A stretch of 64,000 nt of DNA from Zygnema circumcarinatum SAG 698-1b (lineage: Eukaryota; Plantae; Zygnematophyceae): NCBI GenBank assembly GCA_037447605.1, contig CM074810.1, positions 496,001 to 560,000 on the forward strand. Reading direction: 5' to 3'. Position numbers and translations under genes: made by a program. A model generated the notes under the pieces. It did not search any database and was not told the origin of the DNA. It was given only the letters and a program-made list of their open reading frames with translations. Of the stretch, positions 12,214-37,749 are shown one piece after another (position 1 is the first letter of the stretch; each line of letters begins with the position of its first letter).

Positions 12214-13590
12214 ATGGAGCACAAGAAGCATCTTCCCCTCTCCTTCCCCCTCTCCCGCCTCCTCCCCCTCCCCCTCTCCCTCTCCCTCCTCTCCCTCTTT
12301 TCCCTCCTCCTCCAAATTAGGTTTTCCTCCGCAACGGAACTGTCCGCATACGAACAGTTGGCCGCCCATGGCCTCCCTCCAAACCTCCTCCCCGAGACCG
12401 TCGTCAGCTACACCCTCTCCCCCTCCGGCGAGTTTTCCGTAATACTGAAAGGCGAGTGCTATTCTTCCGTAAGAAACGGTGCCATTCCCGTATACTACGC
12501 CCCGCGGCTGACCGGGTTCTTGGGGTCAGCGAAGCTCTCCTATTTGAGGGGGGTCTCCGTGCGGCCTCCCCAATACGGCTTCTTTTGGCTCCGCGTGGTG
12601 ACGATCTATGTGGACCAGAGGCCGCCTGCGGGGACCATTCACATCGGGGTGGGGCTAGGGCTGCAAGAGGCGCTGCCTCTCGAAGACTTTTCGCCGGAGC
12701 ATCCAAAATGCGCGGATGAAAAGGTAACAAACAGACAAATTGATTGATTGATTGATTGATTGATTGGTCGATTGATTGATAATTAATTAAAGTAGCGAAA
12801 TAGGAGGGAAATTTGGGCCAAGTGCGAGAGAGAGAGGGAGAGAGAGAGGGGGGAGAGGGAAAGAGGGAGAGAGGAGAGAGAGTGGGAGAGGGAGAGGGAG
12901 AGAGTGGCAGCGAGAGAGGGGGCAAAAAGAGAGAGGGGGCAAAAAGAGAGAAGGGGGGGCGAGGGGATTTGGGGTTTGTGCAGAGGTGGAGGAGCAGTTG
13001 GGGAAGGAAAAAAAGCGATTTTTTGGGTCGGAGTGGGTAGGGGGCATGTGTTGAATATAGGATCTGAATGCTCTTTTTAGTTTTGGGGTTAAATTTCGAT
13101 TTTTTTTTGTGTTGGGAGAAAGGCTTAGTAAGCATGTGGAGTTTTTCTTTTTTTCTGGAGTTTAGTGTTCTTCATGTTTGCTGGGACTGTTAGGGTTCGC
13201 AGGGCTTATGGGTTTGAGAGGCGTGATCTGACGGTTTTGAGAACCTTTTTGAGATTTGTTTCAAGGGTGGTAGAAGGAGGGGAGGCCTGCATTGGAGCTG
13301 AAGTGTTGTTCTTCTTTATATATCAGCTTTTGGAACCTCTTGAATTTATTCCTCCAGTTTTTGCTGATAGTGATCCTCTCCACTCTCCCACACCTTGATA
13401 GAAATCAGGGTTTTGGTTCATACTTGATCATTCATAAGAACCCATTCAATTCTTTTTTTGCACCCGCTGTTTGCAGCCGGAATTTGGCCCCATGAACTTC
13501 AAGCGCCCTTTCATAGTGAATGAAGCCTCTAAAGTTATGAGGAAGGCTTTGGGGATGAACTCAACTCAAGTTCGAGCGATCAAACGCTGA
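12214..13590 (+). CDS. DUF538 family protein, paralog B (signal peptide)
   Basis: Exon 1 (12214-12723): MEHKKHLPL...SAYEQLAAHGLPPNLLPETVVSYTLSPSGEFSVILKGECY...VYYAPRLTGFLGSAKLSYLRGVSVR...FFWLRVVTIYVD. Probable GT donor at 12724 and in-phase last exon 13477-13590 (PEFGPMNFKRPF...AIKR*); the last exon is less certain. Confidence 0.85.
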
Positions 13591-14712
13591 AATTGTCCCT
13601 CAAGCATTTCGAAGTTCCATAAGGGAAATTCTGCAGCTTTAATTGTTTCGGTACAGTAGGAGGCTATTGGAAACCTGTATATAATCCCGTGGTAGGTGGG
13701 TCAGATATAGTTGTGGGTTCATTTTAGCTTGGTGGTCTCTCTTAATCTCTCTCTCTCTATCTCTCTCTCTCTGTCCACCTCTCTCTCCCTCTCTCTCTCT
13801 CTCCCTCTCTCTCTCTCTCCCTCTCTCCCTCTCTCCACCTCTCTCTCCCTCTCGCTCTCACTCTCACTTCCTGTCTATTTCCTCCATTTCCTATTTCGTT
13901 CAATTTAACGGTTCACTTCCCATGGATAATGCATCCGATTAGGCAGGCTTACATAGAACTGTTCGTTCCGTCAGCCGTAACTGACGATGGCCTTTCCTGC
14001 ACATGTGCATGGAACTGGGAAAGCTTTTACTAAAGCTTGTAAATATGATTCTCCGTCTCTTCAGTTTTTCGGATGTGTGGCGTTTTACAGTCCATGTCTT
14101 TTGAAGGACCAATAGCAGCATCAATGCTTCTTGGAAGTGATATTCTGCTCAGAGGGATTCTGCTAGACAGGAACTGCTCAAAATTCAAGGGTTTCCATCA
14201 CTTGTGTCGGTGGTATACGCCACAAAATTTTGTGGCTTCAGAAATTTCTTCGTTGCAACTAGTTTAAGGGTTCTGCTTTGTTATTAAAAGTTCTTATGAT
14301 TGACAGCCCTTATAAGAAGAGGCCCTCGTTTTTCCTCTTTTTCTGTATAAAGATGTTGACATGCAAACAGCATGCACTCACATAGATGGATAGCCACGTG
14401 AAAAATAGCCAAGTGCCAAGCATACCAACATACCGTGATGCAAATAGACTTCTTAAAAAATGGCATTCTTATTTCCATATATATAAGCCAATATGCCGAC
14501 AAAAAATAAACTCTCTCAAACCCTTGCTAGTATTATGCTTCTTACATTTAAACTATGCCTTAAAATACCCCAAAATTTGAAACTTCTTCCACTTTAATCC
14601 ACAACCCTAATCATCCATCGCCCCCATCCCGCCTCTCTCCTCTCCCCTCCTTCCGCCATCCCCCTCCCCCTCTCCCTCCTCCCTCCCTCCCTCTCTCCTC
14701 CCTCCTCAGACA

Positions 14713-15188
14713 TCACCTCTGAAAATACTCCACAGCCTTCGTCCACATCATATTCCTATCCATAACATTCTCCGCCGTATAATCAAAGCGGAAATTCGCG
14801 CCCTTAAATACGAAGTCAGCGGGAACGTTGGGATTTTCTTTACAGTACGTTTGGATGAGCGGAAAGAACACATTTCCAACTACAGGGAGTGGAGGTGGCG
14901 CCTCCTTATCATTAGTCAAACCAGCTTCATATAAATCAAAGTAATAGAGGCTGGTTAGGTCATAAGCAAGGCCAGTCACCCCCCCACCTACCGCCATGGG
15001 CTTCCCGGGAATACCTCCCACAGCCACAGTTTTGACTCCAGCATGCTCCTGCATGCATTAGGTCAATAGTGAGAATGGTTGCCCTGAAGGAGAAGGATTT
15101 TAGATCGTGGAAGCGATGTGGGGAGGGAGAGGGTAGGGGAGGTAGGGGGAGACAGGTGGAGAGCGGGAGGGAGAGGAAGCGGGGACGG

Positions 15189-15219
<31 letters not shown>

Positions 15220-18200
15220 CGGCGGATATTGCGGGTGAGGGAGAGACAGATGTGAGGGAGGATTGGGGGTAAGCCGGAGAGGGTATTGGGAAGTGGAAAT
15301 TGGGGAAGAATGGGAAAGAGAGAGATACGCGGCAAGAGTGAGGGATATGGGGGTTGTAGAGGGCGAAAGAGAGAAGTGGGAGGAAGGGAGTGGCAGTAGA
15401 GACTGATCGCAGGAATTCATTATGAGAGAGTCCACCATCTGTCAGGACTCTCCCCTTCAAAAGATAATTTCCAAACAAGTTCTTCCCAGCGATAACAACT
15501 AGCATACCTGAGCTTTATATACAAATTCCGCGCACTTTTCGAAACACAACCCATTCGTGAGTATAAGAATATCTCGTGGCCGAAAAAGGGGTCTCGCATA
15601 AGTAGGCTGAAAAATGCTGCTCTTAGAGAACGCAGTGAATGGTTTCGAGTAATTCCCCCTCCTTCCATTGAATGTCTTCGTCACCACTGGAAAAAAGAAG
15701 CTCTCTTCAGTCAGAGGCTCCCCCTGTAAGTCGCTGAACAAGCTGTATCGATAACTGCTGTAAGAATATGAATCATTTTGCGCAGCTTTCACCAACTTCG
15801 CTGCGAGAGAAGTTGCCTTGAACTCGCTTGCATATGCAGGCATTGTGACGGAGGGAAACATGTACTGAATAAGAGAATCAACTCGACTCGAATAGCCGCC
15901 GGCCCCATCCGAAACATCAATAATAATTCGGTCCGCAACTCGCCTGCGAAAACCAAGTTGAAAGAATTTGATTTTTTGAAAGTTAAATAGAGCTTGATCT
16001 GAAGGATTCATACCTTTAAAGGGGTTTTCAGCAACTCAGCAGTTTTGGGTATGAAGTGGGTAGCAAAAGCAGGGACTTTGAGACTTAACTTTGAGTTGAA
16101 TTATAGATTAAGATGATCGACGGAGAGAATATGAAGTTAAGTGCTGTGCGAGATGAACGATAATACTCACTTTAAAGTGGTTAGGCCAAGAACAAGGCTT
16201 GAATACCAAGTCTCCACAGCTGACTGGGATCCGAATTCGGGTATGACGAGAACTCCGGTTTCATTGTCGGGAAGCAGCCATGCCTGCGGTAACCAGTAAA
16301 GTATTTTTCATACATGAAATCGAAGGTATTTAAAGATTTAGAATTTTCCTGGTTGTTAAGATGGCTTGTCTTTCGACATGAGAAAGAATCAAAAGTGGAG
16401 ACATTTGGGAGAGGGAGAGGGGAGGGCGGGAAGGAGAGGAGAGGGACAGTGAAAACGAGAGAGAGATGGGGCGAGAGACAGGACGAGAGAGAGAGAGAGA
16501 GGGAAAGGGAGAGGAAGAGGGAGAGGGAGAGGGAGAGGGAGAGGGNNNNNNNNNNGGGAGAGGGAGAGGGAGAGGGAGAGGGAGAGGGAGAGAGAGTGAG
16601 AGAGTGGGAGCAACATCAGAATGAGAGAAGGGCGGTAAGGGAGAGACGGGAGGTGGGGAGAGAGACAGAGAGGGATGGTGCGGCGGGACAGAGAGGGTTA
16701 GGGGAGTGAGATGTGCAGCCCCATATTGAAGAAAGTGAAGAAATGATTCCACTTACGTTGATAGGGCCGCTTACGAGGAGCTGCGCCGTCGTAGATCCAA
16801 AAGTTTTTTTAGACTTGGTGAGGTCTCTGACCACTATCTCTTCCTTCTTCTGCTTCTCCCCTGCAGTGTCTTCAAGAGGGCTTTTCTGTTCTGCCTTCTT
16901 GTTGAGTGCTTGGGATTTGGAGTAGTATATGGTGGCATTGCAATAGAAGTTGAAGTAGGTCTCCTTGTTGGGAAAGTAGACAGGACCATTTGTAAAGTAT
17001 GAGATCCATGGAGCCACAAGCTTCTCTGACTTGGCCTGTCCTACCCTGCGAAGTAACAGAAGTACAGAAAAAACCTTAAAAATACTAAAATCTTGCACCC
17101 ATTTAGCATGCGAATTTAGCATTCCTGGTTCAAATTTTGACACATGGCGTGTCACGCATGAACAGTAGGGCGCTTTTTTTCAAGTTTTTCTTCTTGCCTC
17201 CCTTCTCTGCGGAAGGAAAATGACCTTTTCCAATTTCGAGTTTTGAATTTGAATTTGAATTTGGTTCGAATTTCTCACCTCTTGACTTGCATTGTGACGT
17301 TGTTCTCGTCAACGAGATAAGGACGAGTGGAGAAGGCTCCCTTGAAGGACAAAAATTCGCCGTAGGTCGGCGGAGGGACTAGGTTGTACGGCCTCACAAA
17401 GAGCGCGTTGAGGCGCGCGTTCAAGTCTTTGGCCCCGCCCTGCGAACTGTTCGCGAACTGCAAAAGGTAATCGAAGGCGGGCACGTTGTTGATGGTCTCC
17501 ACCGTGGCCATGTTATAAGTTCGAAGGTCCCTTCCAAGAATGGACGAGGTTAGAGAGGAAACTCTCTTGTTACCTGCATGGCGTTGCATGGCATTGCATG
17601 GCCGCCAATTAGTCTTACGAACGATCTAAAATGAAGAAAGGTCCAAGTTTTCTGATTCTAAGACTGAATAAACTATGTAAACTGAATACTGAATGAATGA
17701 AACTAAACTTTCAAATATGAGAGTGAAGATTTCGAGGGTTTAAGGATTAAGGTTTAGGGTTTGGGGTGGGGTCCTCACTGAATTCCGTGCGGATTTGCAC
17801 GACGGGTTTTCCGCAGTCCCAAAAGAGGACGAGCGGAAACGCGAGCTCCGAAGTGAGGGCGTAGCACGTCGGGCTATACCGCGTGCTCGCGTCGCGCAGG
17901 GACTCGAAAGCGGTACGCAGCGCGTGGTTGAACGCGAGGTCGCTCGGGTACTGATTCCGACCGATGGCCTTAAGGCGGGTCTGGATGTCCACGGCGAGGG
18001 GAAGCTCCTTGGAGGGCGAATTTAGGGCCACGTCAGCGTACGGAACGAGGGCGAAGGTCTTTCTGAGGGATTCGATCACACGTGCGGCCATGGCCGGACT
18101 GTATGGAATGGAGGCCATGCATGCGCGCGCCACGGGGGCGGGCCATGCATGGTCCGTACCGTTGGCGAAGACCTCGCAGGGGTCCGCCGCCATGGCTGCC

Positions 18201-18286
18201 GCCGAGAAGGGGAGGAGGAGGAGAAGGAGGAGGAGGGGGAGGAGGGAGGCCATGGCGGGCAGCCATGGCGGGCTGACACGGGACAT
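14713..18286 (-). CDS. Secreted CPAF/S41 tail-specific-protease-like protein (fungal UstP-like architecture), probably catalytically inactive
   Basis: Signal peptide then DPC...ACMASIPY...SLRKTF...VDIQTRLKAI..YPSDLAFNHAL..AFESLRDASTRYSPTCY; VETINNVPAFDYL; ETGVLVIPEF; IIIDVSDGAGG; DILILTNGLCFEKCAEF; GVKTVAVGGIP. Motif order matches S41/CPAF-like proteins. About 6 exons; start could be 18286 or 18253. Confidence 0.75.
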
Positions 18287-20320
18287 TCTGAGAGGGGATT
18301 TAGGGTTCAGCCTAACAAAGCTTTGTGATGGAAAGCTTTGACCTGGAAAGAACGTATAGGAAGGGGTTCAGGGTTCAGGTTTGAGAGTTGGAGGTCGAGA
18401 AGTTAAGGAGAAGTTTAGAGGTTGAGAGGTTTACAGTTTAAGAGCCGCCACTGCCCGCCGGGAAGATGGGGAGGGTCCCACTTTATACCATTGAGGACGG
18501 CGCATGCGACAAGGTTTGTCCAGCTGTTTGGCGGGAAACAAGGACCGTATCAGATTCTGCTGCTGAGGATGACTGGATGTCCGCCACGTTGTGGCCTGCG
18601 GGATGAGAGGACTTTTGTCGTTGCCTACCGGCGGTCTAGGGCCAGATTTAAGGGACTACGACCAGCGAACAATACGACAAAATACTGGATTGACTAGATT
18701 TTGTCGTATCTGGTTCGAGAATACCGGATTGGTTGGCCGTTTCGGTCCTGATTTGTGGACCGCCACTTGACCCCAAGGGAGTCGGTGACCTGACGCCACG
18801 TGGTAAGTGTACGAAACGTCTTGACTTCAGTGGACTACCAATCGGATGGCCCAAAAGTGTCACGTCAGCATTTGTGTTTTTGGCGATTTCAGTCACAATC
18901 TGACTGATGGAATGACAAGATTATGGTCAGGTCAAGACTAGCCAGAACTGGTGAAATCTGGTCAAAAACGGTCACAGTTGGTCCAGATATGTCAATCCTG
19001 GTCAAGCCTGGCGGTGACCGCGGTCAGGGGCTGCGAGCCAGCGTGGCACCGGCACCGCCGATTGACAGCCACGTGGCGGCTGAAGACGCGGTTACAAAGA
19101 ACGTTGACCCCATTTTCCAATCGCCTACCGACACGTGACGTTCATGTGGCGATGCTATGTTCACGTGGGCGCGCAGCCCCCGACCGCGGTGACCGACCGT
19201 CCGGAGAGGTGGATCTGCCAGTTGCGGAGAGCCAGCCAATCAGAAGCTTGATCAACGATTTGAACCGCGGAAGGCGGCAGGGAGTCAAATGTGGATCTAT
19301 TCTCTTGAGTGGAATGCACTTTGGGATCCACCTTCTCGGTTCAAGGGCACCCGATTTTTTGTGCACTTCTGGAAGTGTTGCCCTTTGTGGAACTGAAACT
19401 GGAAACTGTCGGAGCCATCCATGCCCTTCGCCTGCGACTGCGAACTGCGAGAAAACAGTTCTTGTCGGTCCTCACCGGATATGTGGTTACCCGGAACTGC
19501 GAATATATGATATAGCGGAACTGCGAACAGCGTCAGAATTAGGATACGACGTTTCCATGCCATGACTCGCCACATCAGGTCACGTCACGTCAGGTGCTCA
19601 GTCCGGGTGATCGACTGACCGACTCGTAGCCCTCATACGGCCGTAAGTTCCATGCTCATAGTCCCGTTCCCCGTTTTTCCTGAAGTTGCAAACCAACCCG
19701 CTCCGGTTTCTAACCAAAAACCGCAAACCGTCCTCCGGTTTCAAACTGACGGAGGCCGGAAGAAGGAAGACGACAAAACGTGAAGGTTCTGCTGACGTAA
19801 GACAATGGTCATGGTAACGTCATGATCCTAACTGAATCCGGCAACCGCGGTTGACAGAACTCTCCATCGCTACCGTTGCCAGGCTGGACGAATCACAGTT
19901 CACCATGCCATAGAAATGTACACGTGGCACGCTTCGATTGGCGAAAAAAATGTTTTTGAACTTGAACGTATACAGTCTAATCACGTTATAGTGTCCATGT
20001 CGGTCCCCACACATTTGTGTCACTATATCGGTAATGACCCGTTTGTCATTTCACATTTATAGTAACAATGTTATTACATATGTTTTTGCGGTATATCCGT
20101 ACGACTTTGATACCGTACATTGTACTTTTTGGGCAGTCGTCACGTGGGTAGGTGTGTACGAACTGTACTGTAGGTAGGTGTGTACAAACCTAGTGAGCAT
20201 ATGTACGGTCAAGTCGATATCCGACGATATTAATGATAATGTGTACGGTCTTAATATATTTCTAACCGATAATGCGATACGTGGGTGGATAATATCGACA
20301 TTTTGAATATATAGTAACAA

Positions 20321-20482
20321 TTAGGGTTTTTCAACGTCATTATATCCGTAATGGCGTCACTACTGGCGCAGGATCTGCAGTGGTGCAATTCCGTTCCCGG
20401 AAAAAAAGTCAGTATATCCATGCTGTTCTTATAAACAGTGTCACTATAACGTGATTAGACTGTACCTACAATTGAGGCCCAC
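20321..20482 (+). promoter_or_regulatory. Telo-box plus site II element upstream of RPL33
   Basis: TTAGGGTTT (telo-box, reverse orientation) at ~20321 and GGCCCA (site II) at ~20477. This pairing is known for plant ribosomal-protein promoters. Confidence 0.4.
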
Positions 20483-20955
20483 CCACACCGTATTTTGGAG
20501 AGATTGTGACAACTGTCGGTCACAGAAGAGAGGGAGAGTGGGAGAGGGAGGGAAGGGGAAGGCTGGTTAGGAGAGGGCGAGGGGAGAGGGAGGGGGAGAG
20601 GGGGAGAAGGGAGAGGGGAAGAGGGAAGAGGGAAGAGGGGGAGAGGAAGAGGGAGAAGGGGAGGGGGAGAGAGGGAAGAGGGGAAGAGGGGAAGAGGGGA
20701 AGAGGGGAAGAGGGGAAGAGGGGGGGAAGAGGGGAAGAGGGGAAGAGGGGAAGAGAAAGAGGGGAAGAGGGGGAGGGGGAGAGGGGGAGAGGGGGAGTGG
20801 GGAGAGCGGGAGAGGGGGAGAGGGAGAGAGGGAGAGGGGAAGAAGGTGAGGGAGAGGGTGAGAGGGAGGGGGAGGGAAGGGGAGAGGTAGAGGGGGAGAG
20901 AGTGTGAGTGGGAGAGGGGGAGGGAGAGGGAGGGAGAGAGAGGGAGGGTGGGGGG

Positions 20956-21129
20956 ATGGCTAAAGCTAAGGGAGGCTCCATTCTGGTACGGCTGATCTCT
21001 TCAGCGGGAACCGGCTATTTCTATGTGAAGACCAAAAATCCGAAAAAGACTCCTGGAAAGTTGGAATTCAGAAAGTACGATCCGCGTGTGAACGCGCACG
21101 TGCTGTTCACGGAGGCCAAAATGAAGTGA
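20956..21129 (+). CDS. RPL33: Ribosomal protein L33 (bacterial-type, nuclear-encoded, probably mitochondrial)
   Basis: [57 protein letters not shown], with the hallmark L.S.AGTG.FY and KYDP motifs. Confidence 0.95.
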   Translation: MAKAKGGSILVRLISSAGTGYFYVKTKNPKKTPGKLEFRKYDPRVNAHVLFTEAKMK

Positions 21130-22124
21130 TCGCTTTCCTCAAGGGGAGGGGGCTGCAGGGTGAAGATTTTTCGGGCAAAACTTAAAAAGAGTGAAGATGT
21201 AGGAGCTCAAATCAGGGGCACTTTTGTTGAAATTTTGGGTAGGTTTTAGAAATTGGGTTAGGAAGTGTGTTTTTGAGAAACTGGGTTTTTTAGGAATTAG
21301 GTCTCGTAGAAGTTAGCGCTTTCGGAGATTAGGGTTAGAGAAAATATAAGCGATGTTTGGGTTTAATTTGGAAAATTGGGGCGGTTATGCTGTGCTCCCA
21401 GCGTTAACAAGGGTGGTGGAATCAGTCGTGGCTTGAAGGATCAGCTTCAACAATTCGGGTCTTATCGTTAACATTTTTGAAACTCAGTGTTATGTTCAAG
21501 GTTTTAGCTTGAGGACTGAGTTAGGGTTAAAGTTAGGGTAAACGTTAGGGTTAGGATTAGGACTAGGGTGTTGCAGATCTATGATTAGGGTTGTACCTCT
21601 GCTCTTTGCATTATAACTGAACTCAGAATTTCCTTTTTCCGAATAACTTCACCCCCTCCCACCGGTGGAGTAGGACAGGAGACCCAAGAGAGAGAGAGAG
21701 AGAGAGAGAGAGTGAGAGAGGGAGAAAGGAGGAGAGGAAGCGCGAGATAGACTGGGAAGAGACTGAGGCAAAGGGGCAGGAGATACACACAGCAGAGGGG
21801 GCAAGAGAGGGTGAAGGAGAGAGAAAAGAGGAGAGAGAGATAGAGCTACAGAGAGAGCGAGAGGGAGAGAGAGCGCGAGCGAAAGCGCGAGACAGCCGGG
21901 AGAGGCATAGTCTCTAGAGGTGCAGAAGAGTTTCGACATTAGAGAGTCCTTACAGATATGGTGAAGGATCAAACATAGCAGGTTCGGCGAAAAACGACCA
22001 ATTTAGCTTTAGGAAGAGATAGACGAACTAGCGAGAGAGGCCCATCGAGACAGAGAGACCAAAGAGAGAGAGAGAGCGAGAGAGAGGAAGAGAGCCAGTG
22101 AGACAGAGAGAGAGAGAGAGAGAG

Positions 22125-27567
<5,443 letters not shown>

Positions 27568-28397
27568 GCCAAAAGGGGGCACTTCTATGGGGGTGCAGGG
27601 AGGGTGTTTCCTTTTTTTTTTTTTAAATGTTGTGGAGGTTTAGGGTATGTACTCAGACTCGGAGATCAATGGATTAAGGAATTCTTTGGTGGCGGATGAT
27701 AATCTTGCTGCGATTATTGAAACAAAACAACTTGAACATGGCAGAGGCTTTGTTCGTGGCATGAATTTCGAATTGAACCTTGTGACAGAGGGAACATGCA
27801 TGGGACACACATGCGTAGATGGGGGGGGTACATGCAAGCATAAGACATACATGTGTGGCGGCATGGTAGGCTGCATTCGTAGCACATACATGCATACACG
27901 CAGCCATGCACCCATGCATATGACATGTAGCATACACATGAAAGCATAAGACATATAATCACTCATCACATGTGCATGCATGCATGGGACCTACGGCTAA
28001 TACTGCATGTACAGTACTGTATACATGAACCGTACATGTGATGATGCACCCGTACGACATGCATGTATTGTAGCGTTACCTACAATAGGCACACATACAT
28101 GCATACATGCATGGCATGGCATCGCCATACATGCGTCAAGCATGCACAGAGAACACCATACATAGAACATCCTTCAGAAACCTGTGAACCCATTTTTTAC
28201 ATGAGCAAAAAGAAGAGGGTGAGAAAATGTTGTTCTCATCCTGCACTGTACATGCCGTGAACTAAAAACCTTCCCTTCTCTCCCTTCTCTCCCTTCTCCC
28301 CCCCCCCCCCCACCACTCTCCTCCTAACTCACACTCATTCAGACCATCATCACCTCCAAAAAAAGGACACCCTTCAAACCAGAGCCACTCCATAAAG

Positions 28398-32212
<3,815 letters not shown>

Positions 32213-33381
32213 CGCATGCGACACCGGTCCCCCCCGATCATGGCGCTGCCGCCCGGCGCCCGCCCGCCTCTTTTGTCGCCTTGCGGACCGAAAGATCGGA
32301 ATGATCTCCTCGCGTGCGCGGGTTTTGACATGTGGCGTATTTTGGGTGTGCACGTGACGAGTGCTCACGGGGGGAGAGAGCGGGCCAATGGGAGGGGACC
32401 GAACTGCCGTTGGGCTGTAAGAATATGTCGGTGGAGTGTACGGGCTCGGGCTCGCCCGACAGAAGGGACCGCCGGGGGCTGGGTTCGATCTGGCGGGGAA
32501 TCCGGAAAGGAAAAAATATGAACAGAAAAAAATTATATTGACTCCTCAAAATGGTCAAATTTTTTTTTAGTGAGTTACTATTTACACACCTTTTGTTTGA
32601 GATATCCACACCTTTATTTTAAATAATTCTCCAATGCCATGAATACCCTTAAAATAGGATCTGCCCTGTGGAAAAACGTGTGTATCTAGACAGAAAAAAT
32701 GTGTGCGAATCGCATTTTCCTGTTCTCAAATTTTTAATTTTGTCTAAAACTTTTATTTTTGTAGTCAATGCAATTTTCCTGCGGTATCTGATTTAATTCC
32801 GGTCAGAATAAAAAATGCCCAAAGGGTATTTGTCCTTATTGGACACTCATCAGCACTCCGCCACACGAACGACAACCCAAAAGATTTTGCTGCTTTCTCC
32901 ACTTGCCACGTGGCGCCTAGCGGCCCATCCGCGTCTGGAGCTAACACGTATGCAAAAAAATCCAAAGCAGTGTACGGTTTATGACGTCATCGGATCTCTG
33001 AGTCCGACAGAAAGTCAACACCTGGCCCGTAGACTCCCGTCAGCCGTACGCGCGGCACAAATACGACAAAAAAAGGGTCCGTGCCCGCCAGGAGTCAACG
33101 CGTGGAAGTTTTTGGACGGCGAGTGGCCAAACTCAGTTTGTCTCAAAAAACCAGTTTTCACCCTCCGACGTTTTAGGTTTTTTTTTCCTGGTTGCTGGCG
33201 ACGTGGCTGACTTAGTCAAGGCTATGACTGGCTAGTCACGCAGAATGCTTGGTCATGGTTATGACTTACCCTAATTTTTCGCTTGCTCATCTTTTTCTAT
33301 CTACAAGCACAAAAAAAGCGGAAATCGACAGGATCCAATCACAGCTCGCCACGTTAGCCAACACGCTTACGTGGCAACAAT

Positions 33382-36992
<3,611 letters not shown>

Positions 36993-37749
36993 GGTTTCCC
37001 ACGTGCGAGGGTGCGCCGAGCGCGCCTCTCAATGACACGTGGAAGCTCGCACGCCTGCAGACTCCGTACAGTCCCGCGTCTGTCCCGTACAAACTGGAGA
37101 AATGTCTCGTACAAAACCGTACATCGAGCACTGGCCCGCTGCTGCCGTAACAACGTGCTCCATGGAACAGTTCTATGTACAGTTCTGCTAGCAATTATGT
37201 TGTGACAGTTCATTTCCCTGTTCCAGTAACATATTACAGCGTTTCTATGTCGGGCTTTAGTTGTCGCCGCCGGCTGGCTGCCGGCCACCGGCGCCGGTTC
37301 GGCTTAACCGGCATCACGTGACACTGTTGTATGCGCTGGCTTTTTCAGGATGAACAATAAGTCAATAACCCAAGTTCCAAGTAGTTTCAGGGTTTCTATG
37401 CATACAACCTAGGTCCAGTCGAGATGTACAACAACTTTGTAATTTGTTAAACAAAAAACAAAAAAAAAGGAAGACACTTCCACATGAACTCGCACCCCAC
37501 ATGCCATTCACCTTCACACGAATGGTTAATGAACCCAACAATAACATTTTAAACATGGAAATCGTCCAATCTTCCTCTACAAACTTCCCTATCTACACAG
37601 TACAATCTCATGCCTTCAAGTTACACCAATCAACACCACCCCATCAACAATAACCCCCCAAACCCTTCTTCCTTACCGCCTGGACCCCACAACCCCTTAA
37701 GCCCCCATAAGCCCCTCCCACAAGTCCCCTCCCTCCCTCCCTCCCTCTC

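Noticed and set aside
18400-20400. Possible hidden gene or transposon in the 2-kb region between the S41 gene and RPL33
   Set aside because: The ORFs have no recognisable motifs or codon pattern and I found no terminal inverted repeats or TSD. Only a small imperfect hairpin (~18672-18710) and promoter-like ACGT/TGGTCA motifs are present.
27590-28300. Cys/Met/His-rich short ORFs on both strands
   Set aside because: They arise from ATGC/CATG low-complexity sequence between the convergent SEC23 and PP2C 3' ends; there is no evidence of coding.
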